A stretch of DNA of 64,000 bases from Callorhinchus milii (taxonomy: Eukaryota): assembly GCF_018977255.1 (NCBI RefSeq), contig NW_024704743.1, positions 43,340,001 to 43,404,000 of the forward strand. Direction: 5' to 3'. The notes beneath the pieces were generated by a model. It was given only the letters and a program-made list of their open reading frames with translations. It made no database searches and was not told the DNA's origin. The translations under genes and the position numbers were made by a program. Shown piece by piece: positions 51,060-63,766 of the stretch (position 1 is its first letter; each line of letters begins with the position of its first letter).

Positions 51060-52425
51060 AGGGCATCAACCTCCTCCAGTTGAACGTCGACAAGAAGGAG
51101 GTCTTCCTGCTTGGGTCCCATCAGCGCCTCCTCACCTCAGGTGCTGACAGCATCACTATTCATGGATGCAATTGTCACCTCACCAAGCCAGTATGGATCA
51201 TTTGTGTCCCCTGTTCGACCCTCAACTGTACTTTAAACCCTGCATCCATGCCATGTCTCATTCTACCTTCTCCCAACCATCACAGCATTGCCTGTACAGA
51301 GCATTAGTCAGACCCTATCTGCAGTACTGCGTTCAGTTTTGGGTACCACACCCCAGGAAAGATATATTAGCCCCGGAGGGGATGCAGCGCAGGTTCACCA
51401 GAATGTTACCAGACCTAAAAGGGTTAAATTACGAGAAAAGGCTGCGTAAACTTGGATTGTATTGCCTTGAGTTTCGAAGGTTGAGGGGTGATTTGATTGA
51501 GGTATTTAAGATTTAAGGGGTTTGATGGGATAGATACAGAGAAGCTATTACCTTTGATGGGGGAATCCAGAACAAGAGGACAGAGTCTTAAAATTAGAAC
51601 CAGGCCATTTAAGAGTGAAATCAGGAAGCATTTTTTCACTCAAAGGGTGATAGAAATCTGGAATTCTCTCCCCTAAAAGCCCATAGATGCTGGATTCATC
51701 CACACCTTCAAGAGTGAGGTTGATAGATTTTTGGTAGATCAGAGTATTAAGGGATATGGGGAGAAAGCGAGAAATTAGAATTGAAAGGATTAGTTGAGGT
51801 ACAGATCAGCCATAATCTAATTAAATGGCGGAACAGGCTCGAAGGGCTGAATGGCCTCCTCCTTTTCCTATGTTCCTATGCCCACCTCCACCACTGCCGC
51901 TACCCTTAGTCCTTCCCGGAGTTCTGTGACTCAGTGGTGAGAGCACTCGCTTTGCAAGCGAGAGACCTGGGTTTGATTCCCGGCAGGGTGAAACCTTGGG
52001 CAAGTTTTCTTACTCCACACGCCTGATAATAATCCCTCAAGAAAATAAAAAAATAATAAATTGGTCACTTCAAACCACGACTGTTTGTGGGACACTGCTG
52101 TGCGCATTTGGCTGCCGAATTTCGCCCACAAATTTACAGTCAATTCACTTTACAGTATATTCTGCGAAGTGCTTTGAGACGTCTAGAAGACGTGAAAAGC
52201 GCTATATCAAATGCAAGGGTTATTATTATTATTATTATTAGGCTCATTCATGCAGGCTTGACTACGCTAACGCCCTGCTCTCCGAACTTCCCAACTCTTT
52301 CCTTCACAAACTACATATTACTCAGAACTCTGCAGCTCATGTCCTTTCCCACACCAAGTTCCGTGACCCTATCACCCACATTCTTGTCCTGCTTCACTGT
52401 CTCCCCATCCCTCAGAGGATCGAAT
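51060..52425 (+). mobile_element. Nested cluster: L2 (51060-51286 and 52241-52425) interrupted by a CR1 3' end (51287-51880) and a short-form SINE (51918-52240)
   Basis: L2 LQLNVDKKEVFLLGS...LFDPQLYFKPCI; CR1 LYRALVRPYLQYCVQFW...RGDLIEVFKI with (TTCCTATG) end; complete SINE; L2 resumes RLDYANALL..LP..TQNSAAHVL. Confidence 0.9.
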
Positions 52426-54179
52426 TGAAAAAAAAGTCATTTGTAGCAATCTCCAGCCCATATGTGCAGTTCATTGGAACTTCCATTAGATTTCCTTTTA
52501 AAAAAACATTTTATACTGAGTATTGAATACTCATGTTCCATGGTCTGGTTGAGACTAAATAAATTAGCTGTTGCATTTGCCAACAAATACAGTGACCACA
52601 CTTGAAAACAATTCCCTGTGAATCACTTTGAAGGTTTTCAACATTCCAGGTACTCAATCGTATACAAGGATTATTTATTACTTATTTATTGCTAAATGCT
52701 TTGGGCTAGAGTACAATCTTTACATATATTTTTGCAATTTTCTTTATTTTTGTCTGGTATGTATTCAGCATATTCAAACAGAGTTTCCCTGACATTCCTT
52801 TGTGATGATAATAACATGTATCTGTAATATTTGAAGATTTTTTTTTTTTAAAAATCCCTTAGAAGGAATGGACATCGTAAAATCAGCAAACAAATTTTAC
52901 AACTCTGGCAACAAAAGGCAATAGCATAGACGTTGCATGATACAGTATTTTGAAACTCTTATTTTCCAATTTCATGAAGTACCTTCTATCTGCTATATTT
53001 CTAGGCAATACAAAACCTGCGATGTGTCATATCAAAATGCTATAATTGCTTAGTGATTTCTTATGTTGGGTGATGGATATACGTTTAATTCAATGGGAAT
53101 TCAAATAAACAGCAGGAGTTTAGAGTCGCCTTACAAATATGATAGAAGAAAATAACCTTCTGTTTTAAGATCAAGGTGAGAGAGTAAGTGCTTAGGGATC
53201 TCGGATTATTGACCAGTGCTGCTATGTGATCAATTGGTGTGAAGAGAATTCAAACTTGTGGAAGCCTCCCCACTCACCTGTTCACTGGACATTTTACATT
53301 ACCTTGGTATTGTGCACATCAACCAGTGGTTGGGATTTTAAACCATATCTCTCTGACCACTCTTTTGGTCATCTTTCCCTTCCCCTCGGCTCCCACCTTT
53401 AGTTTGGTTGCCCATCCAGCATGGTAAATGTTCTCTGGAACATTCTTCCAACTGAAAGGTGTTATATAAACATAAATCATATTGTATTGTGTAGTTTGCG
53501 GCACAGTATGCAAATGCATTGTATCCAACAACAACAAATTGCATTTATATAGTGCCTTTCATGTCAGGAGTACTTCCTGAGGTGCTGGATCAGGTGAGCT
53601 TTTGGGTTAGAACTACTTTAAGGATCACAGTGAAGGTTAAGTATCTTATATTCATACTGCAATGCAATCATCTATTCTGTTGCTTTCAAGAGCGTTGTCT
53701 CATTAAGTATCCCTCTTTCCACAAAAAGAAATAATGACAGCAGGCAACTGAGTTGCTATAAAAAGGAATGACACCTGTGTAAGTTATAATGCTTTGCAGG
53801 GAATGTGTACAGTTCACTAGGTATGTATAATAATTCCATACAAAATTAATGTGTCATTCAATTGCGAATAAAGTCGGAGGAGGGAAACTCACTCGCTTGG
53901 ATAACAACAGCGGCAAATAAAGGGAGTTCTAAAGGCTTATTCTGCTCTGTGCTCAATGTTTATTTCATTGATGTGGGCAAAACTCTAATATGTTCAATTT
54001 GGTAAATTTAGCGGTTTGGAGCTCTTTCAGATGTCCTCCCTTGTGAAAGGCATTACATAAATGCAAATTGTATTGTATTTATAATCAATGTTAAATTAAT
54101 TGATTAATGTAATTCATTATTTTTTTAATTAGTCTCTAATTTTAAATGTTTAACAATGTGTTATTTCTAATTCTTCTGC

Positions 54180-54590
54180 CGGTTCCTCCTTTCTCCTCTC
54201 CTGTGGACACCAAATAGGGAAGTGTCCACTGACACCAGCATCACTCCAGACCCTTGGCTAAATGGTCTCTATTAAAGGGTCAGGCTAGGGACAAGTGTGA
54301 TATTACCATCGTAGGGGCGGGTGCATATCATAATTGATACTGTTCCCTCTAGACTGCCACAAAAACATATATGCTTTCCAGAAAGATAATAAAAAGGAGT
54401 AGCAACCAAGCTATTTTCTCTTTCCTTTGTGGTGTAAGAGTATGAAGGCCATTTGCAGTGTTCCAATTGATTCAACTGTTGTCTGTGGAAATCAGCTAAT
54501 TCATCACCAATTGGGGAGCAAATCTGCATCTTTCTGTTCTTAGGGTTTAATGGTACAGGGCATGAGGGTTATCCACAAGGCAATTGGAGG
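54180..54590 (-). mobile_element. Ancient LF-SINE-like relic, near full length
   Basis: Minus-strand blocks ggtgatgaattagctgatt, cactgcaaatggccttc, ttctggaaagcatatatg and caggagaggagaaagg occur in the order I recall for the LF-SINE consensus. Highly diverged. Confidence 0.5.
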
Positions 54591-54609
54591 AACGTTTGGA
54601 GCCTACTCT

Positions 54610-55290
54610 TAAGGCACTGGAGAATCAAGGGTTTTCACTCGCCTGGGGGCTGGATACAAGAAGTGTGGGGGCCAACGGTGGTGTGGTCAAAGAGGGGTGC
54701 GGTCTTGAGATGATGGACCTTGAAGGAGGCTGGAGAAGGGACAAGGTGAAGGGATTCAGGGATGGAGTTCCAGAGGATGGGGACATAAAGGCTAAAGGCA
54801 CGACCACTGATATTGGGACAGGCATCCTGGGGGATGTGAAGCAGGCCATTGCCTACAAAGCAGAGGGAAAGGGTGGGTTGGTAAGGTTTTAGAAGGTCAG
54901 AAAGAAAGGTGGGGCAATGGAGGGCTTTAAAAGTGAGGACAAGAAACTTAAACTCAATCCTTTGGAGGATGGGAGCCAGTGTATTCAGACAAGGATGAGG
55001 ATGATAGGCTCACAAACCCTGGCATGGTAGAGGATGCAGCAGCAGAATTTTGAATAGTCTGCAGCTTGTGGAAGGAAATAATGAGAAGACCAACGAGCAT
55101 AATCCAGCCTGAAGTTGTTAAACCATTGATAAGGGTCTCAGCTGCCCTAGGGGAGAGGCAATGGCAGAGGTGGGAAATGTTGCAAAAGTGGAGAAAAGCT
55201 AAACAGGTCAAGGCATGGATATGTGGTTTAAAGAACAATTGAGAGTTGAATAAAACACCAAGTTTCCGTGCTGATTTAGTAAGGTGCAGT
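54610..55290 (-). mobile_element. Decayed L2 3' region
   Basis: ARKLGVLFNSQLFFKPHI...HFCNISHL..LSPRAAETLI...LQTIQNSAA. Confidence 0.88.
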
Positions 55291-55959
55291 GTGCCAATAA
55301 TAATACTGGGATCATCCTCATTGCTCTCCTCTGCACTGCAGTTATGGCTTGGGCAATACTTCATACTGGAATCACAAGAAATATATCCATTACTCCAGAT
55401 GTGACCTGAGCATGACTTCTGGAAATCTGAATTCAATAGATTTAGCAAAATAGCTCAGCATCCTGTTTTCCTTGTTTACTGCTGCCTAAAACTGTTTAAA
55501 CACAATGAGCGATGAATCAACTAATACCCCTGGGTCTTTTTCACTTTCCCTCCCTTGGCAAATTCTGTCCTTTCCATGCAGTACATGTGGCTCCTATTTT
55601 TATTTCTTACATGCACGACTGAATTTATACCTGATATCAGCAGAGTAGCTCCCTCCTGGAAGGAACTAAAATGATGGGTTTATCTGACCTCAATGCTAAG
55701 ATTAGCCAAAGTTTTACAAGGTGGAACAGTTCTAAACTATTGTTTTAAATTCACAACAGGGCAAAAGTATTTTACATTCTATGAAAGTATAGGATTGATC
55801 CAGGATCGATTTCAAGAATCTCACATTCATCTTCAAATGCCTTCAAGCCCTGAGGAGATTTGAAGATGGGTGTGAGGATCTTGAAATTAATCCTCAATCG
55901 ATTCTGTAATTTCATATTAATTTCTCTGACCTGCTTAATCCCCACTCCACTGGCCAATG

Positions 55960-56256
55960 CCGCCACTCAACTGGCTCCGGCCTCCTGCCAGTGTCTTGTG
56001 TCCTCCATTCCACCATTAGTGCCCGTACTTTCAGCCATTACACACTGAAACTCAGGAACATTCTTCCAATATCCCTCCACCTTGCGCCCTCCTTCCCCAT
56101 CTTTAGGTCATGCCTGAAGACCTTTCTCTTCAACTGTGCCTACGGCCACCCCTCCCCCTCCCACATCCTCTCTCCACTGCTCGGCGTCATGCTCGCCACT
56201 GTCAAGCACTCTGGGACGCTACCCTGCATGAGGGGTGCTATGTAAATGCAAAAAAA
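55960..56256 (+). mobile_element. L2 3' end
   Basis: TISARTFSH..LRNILP..FRSCLKTFLFNCAY and tail, ending just before the N at 56257. Confidence 0.82.
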
Positions 56257-56355
56257 NGAGACATAAAATACTGCAGATGCTGGAATCTGAAACAAAAACA
56301 GAGAGAGCTGGGAAAACTCAACAGGTCAGGCAGCATCTACGGAGAAAGGAAAGTA

Positions 56356-56392
56356 AGTCAACGTTTCAGGTCCACGGCCCTTCGTCAGAACT
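56356..56392 (-). ncRNA. Minimal type I hammerhead ribozyme motif
   Basis: Minus strand AGTT-CTGACGA-AGGGCCGTGGACCT-GAAA-CGT-T-GACT: CUGANGA and GAAA cores, stem II AGG..CCT, palindromic ACGT stem III, stem I AGTT/GACT. Confidence 0.7.
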
Positions 56393-56491
56393 AGGGTATG
56401 TTGGGAGGGAGAGGCTTTTAAGGACAAGTTGAGAGGGGGGGGGCAGGACAAGGATGATAAAGAAGACAAAAAAGCCAATGTAGAGAATTGT

Positions 56492-56817
56492 GGAGTCCTG
56501 TAGCTCAGTGGTTAGAGCACTCGCTTTGCAAGTGAGAGACCTGAGTTCAATTCCAGGCAGGGCGAAACCTTGGGCAAGTTTCCTTACTCCACACGCCTAA
56601 TAATAATCCCTCAAAAAAAAAAAAACAATAATTAAATTGGTCATTTTCAATCTACGACTGTTTGTGGGACATTGCTGTGCGCAATTGGCTGCCGCGTTCG
56701 CCCACAAATATACAGTCAATTCACTTTACAGTGTGTTCTGTGAAGCGCTTTGGGATGTCCTCCCGACGTGAAAAGCGCTATATCAAATGCAAGGATTATT
56801 ATTATTATTATTATTAT
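56492..56817 (+). mobile_element. Young tRNA-headed SINE, short form, full length
   Basis: Intact head, body and CTCCC-loop tail, long (TTA)n. Confidence 0.95.
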
Positions 56818-58189
56818 AATGTGTTAGTTGATGGGTTAAAGAGGTAATAATGGCGTAAACACAAGGGGGGTTGTACAACAAAAGGGGTGGGTGTGGGGTG
56901 GGTGTTGAAACAAAACTGGGGAGAAGAGATGTTAATAGTGCAGAACAGACAACCCACCAGAGAGAGGCGAAGAGTGTCTGTCTGATAACCCAAACAACCC
57001 AGACACTCTTTGGCTCTCTCTGCTTGTTTTTGTTGTTATACCTTTCCTTCTTCTTTGATATTGGTCAATACATGTTGAGGAATTTGGTAAACTGTAACAC
57101 ACTACCTGTAAGTCTGTAAATTGGGTTACTAATCCTAAATATCAAAGTGTACAATTTTTACAGTGTTTGCTTTCTTTCACATCTTCATGGTGCTATTCAT
57201 TCTATCTTTCATATTGATTTAGTAATTTTTTAATTAAATATTTGCAATAATAGACTACTTAAAACATAGAATTACATAGAATAATGCATCACAGAAACAA
57301 AATATTCCTCACGTGTCCATTTCAGCATTTGTACTCCACATAAGGCTCCAATTGGCTTTTCCAATTTATCTTCTCATTCTAAAGTGGAGAGCGGAACATA
57401 TGATTATGAAAGGATTTGATAAGGTAGATGTTGATAGACTGTTTCCACTAGCTGGTGAGTCCAAATAAGGTGGCATAAAGATAAAATATAACATTCACAA
57501 ATCACAAACCCGATTGTAGACCTCAGTGGAAGCATCAATTCCTCTTTCTACCCAAGATGAGCTCTGATAGAAACAATGACTCCAGAAAGAACCATTTTAT
57601 TGTAAATAAACTATTTTATTTTAAGAACGGTCATACATCTGGTATAATAGAAATGCACATGGTAAATGTGGTGGAATACTCATTTTATTTAATGCTTCTG
57701 GAAAATCTTCCTAAATCCGTTAATTTCACCACTGAGGATGGGATAGAATGACTTCACTTCTGGAATAAACTGAGGATTTCACTCTTTCTAATTATGTACT
57801 CTGTGAAATTCAAATAGCAGAAAATTAGGCAATTAAATCTGACTGATTAAATGTTCTGAAATGTTAAGTCTGAGTGTCTTATTTTTCTTAGTTATACACA
57901 GAGGACTTCCAATTACAAAGAATATACTCTCTCCACAATAGAATTTCTGCTTCCTTGGTACAAGTCAAGCTTGCCATCTTCTTTTGTGTATTTTGTAGGA
58001 ATTACAAGAATAACATACAAGAATTACAAGAATAGCTTACACAAATCTTTTCCAGTGCTTTATCTCAATGTGACCTACACACATACTGCTATGTGCAGTG
58101 TTTTCAAAATACTTTTCTTCCCAAGTGGAATGCTTTAAATTTATTTTTGGTGTGGTATCACAAAAGAAATAAAAGGCAATTTATGTGCA

Positions 58190-58229
58190 CAGTCACATTT
58201 GTCAATATCGCAGTCACATTTGTCAATAT
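58190..58229. repeat. Tandem duplication, period 21
   Basis: cagtcacatttgtcaatat at 58190-58208 and 58211-58229. Confidence 0.9.
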
Positions 58230-58519
58230 AGCTCTGACACTTACAAAGGGAAGAAGTGGAAGATGTGTCCTTAACCTGATGGGCACTTTTATTGCACCAA
58301 AAGGAAGACAGGGTTAACTTTTCTAACCCTGTCAGGAGCACATGTTTTAACCATAATCTTGATCAACAGATAGCTATAGAGACCGGGAACTGCAGAAGGA
58401 TCTCACTGATTTCAATGGCTCTTAAGGTGGTGCTTCTGGTAGTCACTGGAAGTGTATCACATGCATTGGAGGTTCATGGTTTGATCAGGAAGGAACTGTT
58501 GAGGCTTCCGTTATCATAA

Positions 58520-58682
58520 GGAATGGGAATTGGATATAGGTACTTAAAAATAAAAACAATTACAGGGCTATGGAGTAAGAGTGGGGGAATGGGACTAGTT
58601 GGATAGCTCTTTCAAAGAACGGGCACAGGCGCAATGGGCCGAATAGCCTCCTTCTATGCTGTAAGATTCGATGATTCTATGA
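58520..58682 (+). mobile_element. CR1 3' UTR end
   Basis: ggcacaggcgcaatgggccgaatagcctccttctatgctgtaagattcgatgattctatga terminus. Confidence 0.85.
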
Positions 58683-60109
58683 ATGTGTGAGACAGGTTGT
58701 GGATTTGTATGAGATCACAGAATGTCATGAGGCTAAGGAGAAAGGCACCCACTGATGTATTACAAGATTGCATACAGAGGCAGCCTGTTTCTGAAGACAC
58801 CACATATGATGATTCTCTGTGTGCTAAAATTAGGAAAACTCTTTTATGGAATTGGATCTCCCTTTGACTCCACACACAAGGATTCAACTCTGTAATGAAA
58901 AGGTTAACACCAGAGAAATCAAACCCAAGTATGTTCAACACATGTGAATGAATGACACCATCATTCTAGTAGTTGGATGATATTCGTTATGTGTTCACAA
59001 AACTGCTAGAAATGTATTTTCGCAACATCTGCTACTCAAGTAAATCTTGAAGAACTAGGGGGAAAAGCCACACATTGAAGTGCATCACCTGAGCTCTGTG
59101 AGCATTATTTGGGTAGCAGAGATCTCAAAATCAATGTTACTGATTCTGAACATGCACATGGCATCACACTACCTATGCAATGAAGTCAGATGTTTGAGCA
59201 TGCATTACTGACAGTGCATTCCAGAAATAATAATAGTAATAATGTTGAAGCAATACAGAAGTGGCAGAGGCTTGACATGTCTCCAGTTTGGCTCTAATTT
59301 CAAACCTCTTGCAGTGGCAGACTGGCTCCCGGAAACGGCATGGCATTGTCAAATAAAATGTGGGTGTAGTTTTGTGGGGGTATCGATTCATGGGGGGCAC
59401 CAACAGTGTAAAACATCCGTGCATTTATAAATGAACTTAGAAAACTTCTAAACTAGGCTCCATGGGATGATAAGTATTGGTAGGAATTCACAATAACAAC
59501 ATTTTACATTTGTATAGAGCCTTTCACATCGTGTGGATGTCCCAAGGATTGAATATCCCAAGACATTCACAGGGGCACTTAGAAATGTTCCAATTTCCCA
59601 TATACCGAGTCTGCCCCTGCCCTCTAGAACCCCAATATATAGGCAGTTTAATCTGAGGATCTGGAGTTCTCGAGAACCAGAAACAAGGCTTTTTCTGTTG
59701 AGGTAAATGTTACTATTTTGGAGTCCATCAGATAACATCCCTGCCATAAGTCAGTCTTCCAGATCTAAATCTTTTCGTCAAGTCATGCAGCAGCTACGTT
59801 CATGCAAAGATCTAGATAACACATCTGAAGGAAGGCTCTTCTCTTCCGCACTGGGAGTAATTGATTGTTTGCATGCAGCCCTCTGTGCACCTAAATTGGA
59901 TGAAGCTGTTTTTCTTAGAGAGATACTATTTAATTCATAGATGTTTTATAATCCTGTGAACCATAGGACTAACAGCCTCTGATTCTCAGTTTACTTGAGC
60001 CATCTTCCAATGACACTTGTTTTATTTCTCTAATATATTTACTCTATATTACAGAAAGGGAATCATTCTAGTCTTGATAGCAGATAAGTCCAAGATTGGA
60101 TAACGTCTT

Positions 60110-60200
60110 AAATTCTTAAATACAGCCTTAAATTTGAAGCTGGTTTTCTGTAAGTTCTTTTCAGACCTACAGAAAACCAACTTCAGAGTTAAGATTGACG
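60110..60200. mobile_element. Palindromic MITE-like element, copy 2 (core)
   Basis: cagccttaaatttgaagctggttttctgta pairs with tacagaaaaccaacttcagagttaagattg. Shares ttcttaaatacag..tttgaagctggttttctgtaa with the 10850 copy. Confidence 0.7.
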
Positions 60201-60244
60201 GCAACAATTTGCCAGATTGTGGGTGTTTCAAAATGCTTCAATCT

Positions 60245-60390
60245 TGATAGCAAATAGCCTCATTGCCGATCTCCCCAACTCCACCATCAGCATGATCCAG
60301 CTGATCCAAAGCTGACTGACTTATGGCAGGGATTCTGCCGCCTGCATACTCTCATGCACTAAACTCCATACCCCCATTACACCAGTTCTA
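60245..60390 (+). mobile_element. L2 ORF2 fragment carrying a 21-nt insertion
   Basis: ANSLIADLPNSTISMIQLIQ[insert]NSAACILSCTKLHTPITPVL. Confidence 0.8.
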
Positions 60391-62145
60391 ATATCCTTCC
60401 TAAAGTGTGGTGCCCAGAATGGGATACAATACTCTCGCTGAGGCCTAACCAGCAATTTCTAAAGGTTCAATATTTTGAGACGTCTCAACAATGTGATAAG
60501 GCGCTGCATCAAATGCAAAGATTATTATTATTATTAACATAACTTCCTTGCCCTTATACTCTATGCCTCTATTTATAAAACCAAGAATCCCATCTGCTTT
60601 TTTAACTGCTTTGTCAACTTTTCCTGCCACCTGCAAAGATTTGTGCATGTGAACCCCAGGTCTCTCTGCTTCTGCACCCCAGCTTTGCAAGTGAGAGACC
60701 TGAGTTCAATTCCAGGCAGGGCGAAACCTTGGGCAAGTTTCCTTACTCCACACGCCTAATAATAATCCCTCCAAAAAACCAAAAACAATAATTAAATTGG
60801 TCATTTTCAATCTACGACTGTTTGTGGGACATTGCTGTGCGCAATTGGCTGCCGCGTTCGCCCACAAATATACAGTCAATTCACTTTACAGTGTGTTCTG
60901 TGAAGCGCTTTGGGACGTCCTCCTGACGTGAAAAGCGCTATATCAAATGCAAGGATTATTATTATTATTATTATTATTATTTAAAATTGTACCATTTATT
61001 GTATATTGCCTTTCCTCATTCCTCCTTCCAAATTGCATTACTTCACACTTCTCTGCATTAAATTCCATCTGCCATGTGTCTGCCTATTTGACCAGTCTGT
61101 TTATGTCCTCCTACAGTTTGCTACCATCCTCCTCACTGTTTACTACATTTCCAAGTTTTGTGTCATCTGCAAATTTTAAAAGTTGTTCCCTATATCCAAG
61201 TCCAAGTCATTTATGTATATCAAAAGAGAAGTGGCTTTAATACTGACCGCTAAGGAACACTACTATATACTTCCTTCCGGTCTGAAAAACGACCGTTCAA
61301 CACTACCCTCTGCTTTCTGTCTACCAGCCAATTTTGGATCCATGCTGCTACTGTCCCCTTCATCTCATGGGCTTCAATTTTGCTAACTAGTCTATTATGT
61401 GACATTTTTTATAAAACACCTTTTGAAAGTCCATATACACAATATCAGCTGCACTGCCTTCAACTCTCTCTAATATTTCATTGAAAAACTCAATCAAGTT
61501 AATTAGACACGATTTGCCTTTAACAAATCCACATTGGCTGTCTTTTATTAACACATTTTTCCAAGTGAAAATTAATTTTGTCCCAGGTAATGGTCTCTAG
61601 AAGTTTCCCTACCACTGATGTTAGGCTGACTGTCCTGTAGTTAACAGGTTTATCCCTCTCCCCTTTTTTGAACACCACTCCCATATCCAAAGAGGATTGA
61701 AAGATTGTGGCCAGAGCTTCCGTTATTTCCACCCTAACTTCCCTCACTATCCAGACTGGGTGACTTTTCTCCATTGAGCACTTTTCAGTACCTCCTCTAT
61801 CTATTTTTATCCTATCCAATTTCAGTACCCCTCCTCCTTTACTGTGATATTGGCAGCTCATTCAGTACCTCGGCCATGCCCCCTGCCTCCGGAATAAGCT
61901 TTCTATTTTAGTCCATAATCGGCCCCACCTTTCCTTTGATCATCCTTTTACTCTTAATATGTTTATAAAAATCCTTAGTGTTCCATTTATGTTATCCGCT
62001 AATCTTTTATCATACGCTCTCTTTGATTCTCTTATTCCATTTTTCAGTTTTCCTCTGCGCTTTCTGTATTTTATTTGATTCTCTACTGTGTCATTTATCA
62101 TAAGCCTCCTTTTTCTGTTGCATTTTAATTGCAATTTCTTTATCC
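60390..62145 (-). mobile_element. Long decayed CR1 ORF2 (RT region), interrupted by SINE pieces
   Basis: FKKGERDKPVNYRTVSLTSVVGKLLE, DIVYMDFQK, KFADDTKLG (aaatttgcagatgacacaaaacttgg) and GILGFINRGIEYK on the minus strand. Confidence 0.92.
60682..60980 (+). mobile_element. Young short-form SINE, 5'-truncated at the anticodon loop, inserted in CR1
   Basis: Starts gctttgcaagtgagagacc; almost identical to the 56492 copy. Confidence 0.95.
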
Positions 62146-62500
62146 ATCCTGGTAGTCTGTACCCAGACTATCTCCTCCTTGGGTCCAGATTCATAATATA
62201 AGTGAAACATGTGAAAAACAATGTTCATTACACAAAACAATTGTGATCAATAGGACCATTTAGATCTCTGGAAATGTAAAAATGTGATCTTTCATAAAAG
62301 ATTTGAATTGAGTCACACAGAAACAGAGGCATTAAGAAACTGTGGCACTATAATCGACAATTATTGACTGATTTCAGGTCTTAACAGTCCTCCAGCTGAA
62401 ACACAGTGCAGTTTTCTGTTCACTTAAACACAGAGGATGCTGCATTTAAGTATCTACCAATAGTTTATTGGCTAACATCAACTAATATTAGTAATAATAC

Positions 62501-63292
62501 CCTGGATGAGGGCAAATTTCCTACAGTTGAATGTGAACAAGACTGAGGCCCTCCTGATTGGCTCGCGCCAGCGCCTCAGCACCTCAGGCTGTGGCAACAT
62601 CAACCTCCATGGTTGCACTTCAACTCACCAAACCAGTCAGGAACCGAGGTGTCTTGTTCGACCCTCAACTGTCTTTTCTCCCCCACATTCAAGCCATGAC
62701 CTGCTCTGCCTCCCTCACCTCCATAACATCGCCTGACTCCGCCACTACTTCACCCCTCAGGCCACTGAAACTCTTGTTCACCCTTCATCACCTCCAGGCT
62801 CAACTATGCAAACGTCCTGCTTGCGGCTTTCCCAACTCCTCCCTCCACAGGCTGCAGATAATCCAGAACTCTGCAGCCCGTGTCCTCTCCCGCATCAAAC
62901 TCCGTGACCGCATCTCCCCCACTCTCGCCCGACTCCATTGGCTCCCTATCCTTCAGAGGATCCAGTTCAAAATCCTGGTCCTCACCTACAAAGCACTCCA
63001 TGGCATCACCCCACCCTACCTCTGTGACCTCCTAACCCCCTACCAACCCACTCGATTCCTCCGCTCAGCCGGCTCTGGCCTGCTCCACGTCCCCCGACCC
63101 ACCCGCCCCACCATTGGTGGGAGAGCCTTCAGCCACTCTGCCCCCAACCTCTGGAATTCCATCCCCCAATCACTCTGCCTCACCCCCTCCTTAGTTTCCT
63201 TCAAGTCCCACCTCAAGACCCTCCTCTTTGACCATGGGATGTCCTCCCGAAGTGAAAGGCGCTATACAAATGTAATCTTGATGTTGGTGTTG
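62501..63292 (+). mobile_element. L2 ORF2 C-terminus and tail
   Basis: [69 protein letters not shown]. Frameshifted, with most of the 3' UTR deleted. Confidence 0.95.
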
Positions 63293-63299
63293 TAATAAT

Positions 63300-63620
63300 A
63301 TTTTTGTATTTTGTATATCGTTTTGATATCACATTGGAAGGAATCTCAAAGTACTTCACGGACTTTACTGTGAAGTGCGGTGACTGTTTATTGGTAGGCG
63401 AACGTGGTAGCCCAATTGTGCACAGCAATGTCTCACAAACAGCCATGGAGTCCACTTGAACAGGCAGAAAGGACATCTCATCCAAAAGACACCTCCAACA
63501 TGCAAAACATCCCAGCCCTGTACTGGAGTGTCAGTTTAGACTATTTAAGTTCAAGTCCTGAAACTGGACTTGAAATCAAGCCACTTGACTGGTGAAAGTG
63601 CAATCCACTGAGTCAAGATG
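63300..63620 (-). mobile_element. Old Deu-domain SINE with internal deletion
   Basis: gtagcccaattgtgcacagcaatgtctcacaaacagccatgg...tactggagtgtcagtttagactat...acttgaaatc. Confidence 0.72.
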
Positions 63621-63766
63621 ATGCATCCAATATTTTATATGTAGAATATATTGTATAAAGCAGCACTCAGCTTGCAAAAATATATATATTTTATCCTGCT
63701 TCCACTTGGCACCACTCCAAGATAGTGACTAAAGTTTGGATTGAGAAAATATTACAAATGTAATAC

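Larger units (their letters stand above)
56258..56960 (-). mobile_element. Penelope-like element terminal repeat fragment (split by the SINE at 56492-56817)
   Basis: aaaatactgcagatgctggaatctgaaacaaaaacagagagagctgggaaaactcaacaggtcaggcagcatct...acgtttcagg...cccttcgtcagaact matches the shark Penelope-type terminus as I recall it, and it carries a hammerhead core. Confidence 0.7.

Noticed and set aside
56257..56257. Biological junction between the L2 tail and the Penelope-like end
   Set aside because: An ambiguous N sits exactly at the junction, so the adjacency may hide an assembly gap.
59737..60333. DNA transposon with 20-bp TIRs
   Set aside because: L2 coding sequence continues on both sides of the right-hand repeat and no TSD is seen. 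A templated insertion explains it better.
62558..63295. Longest ORF (245 aa) as a functional CDS
   Set aside because: Frameshifted L2 ORF2 C-terminus lacking the endonuclease and the RT catalytic core.
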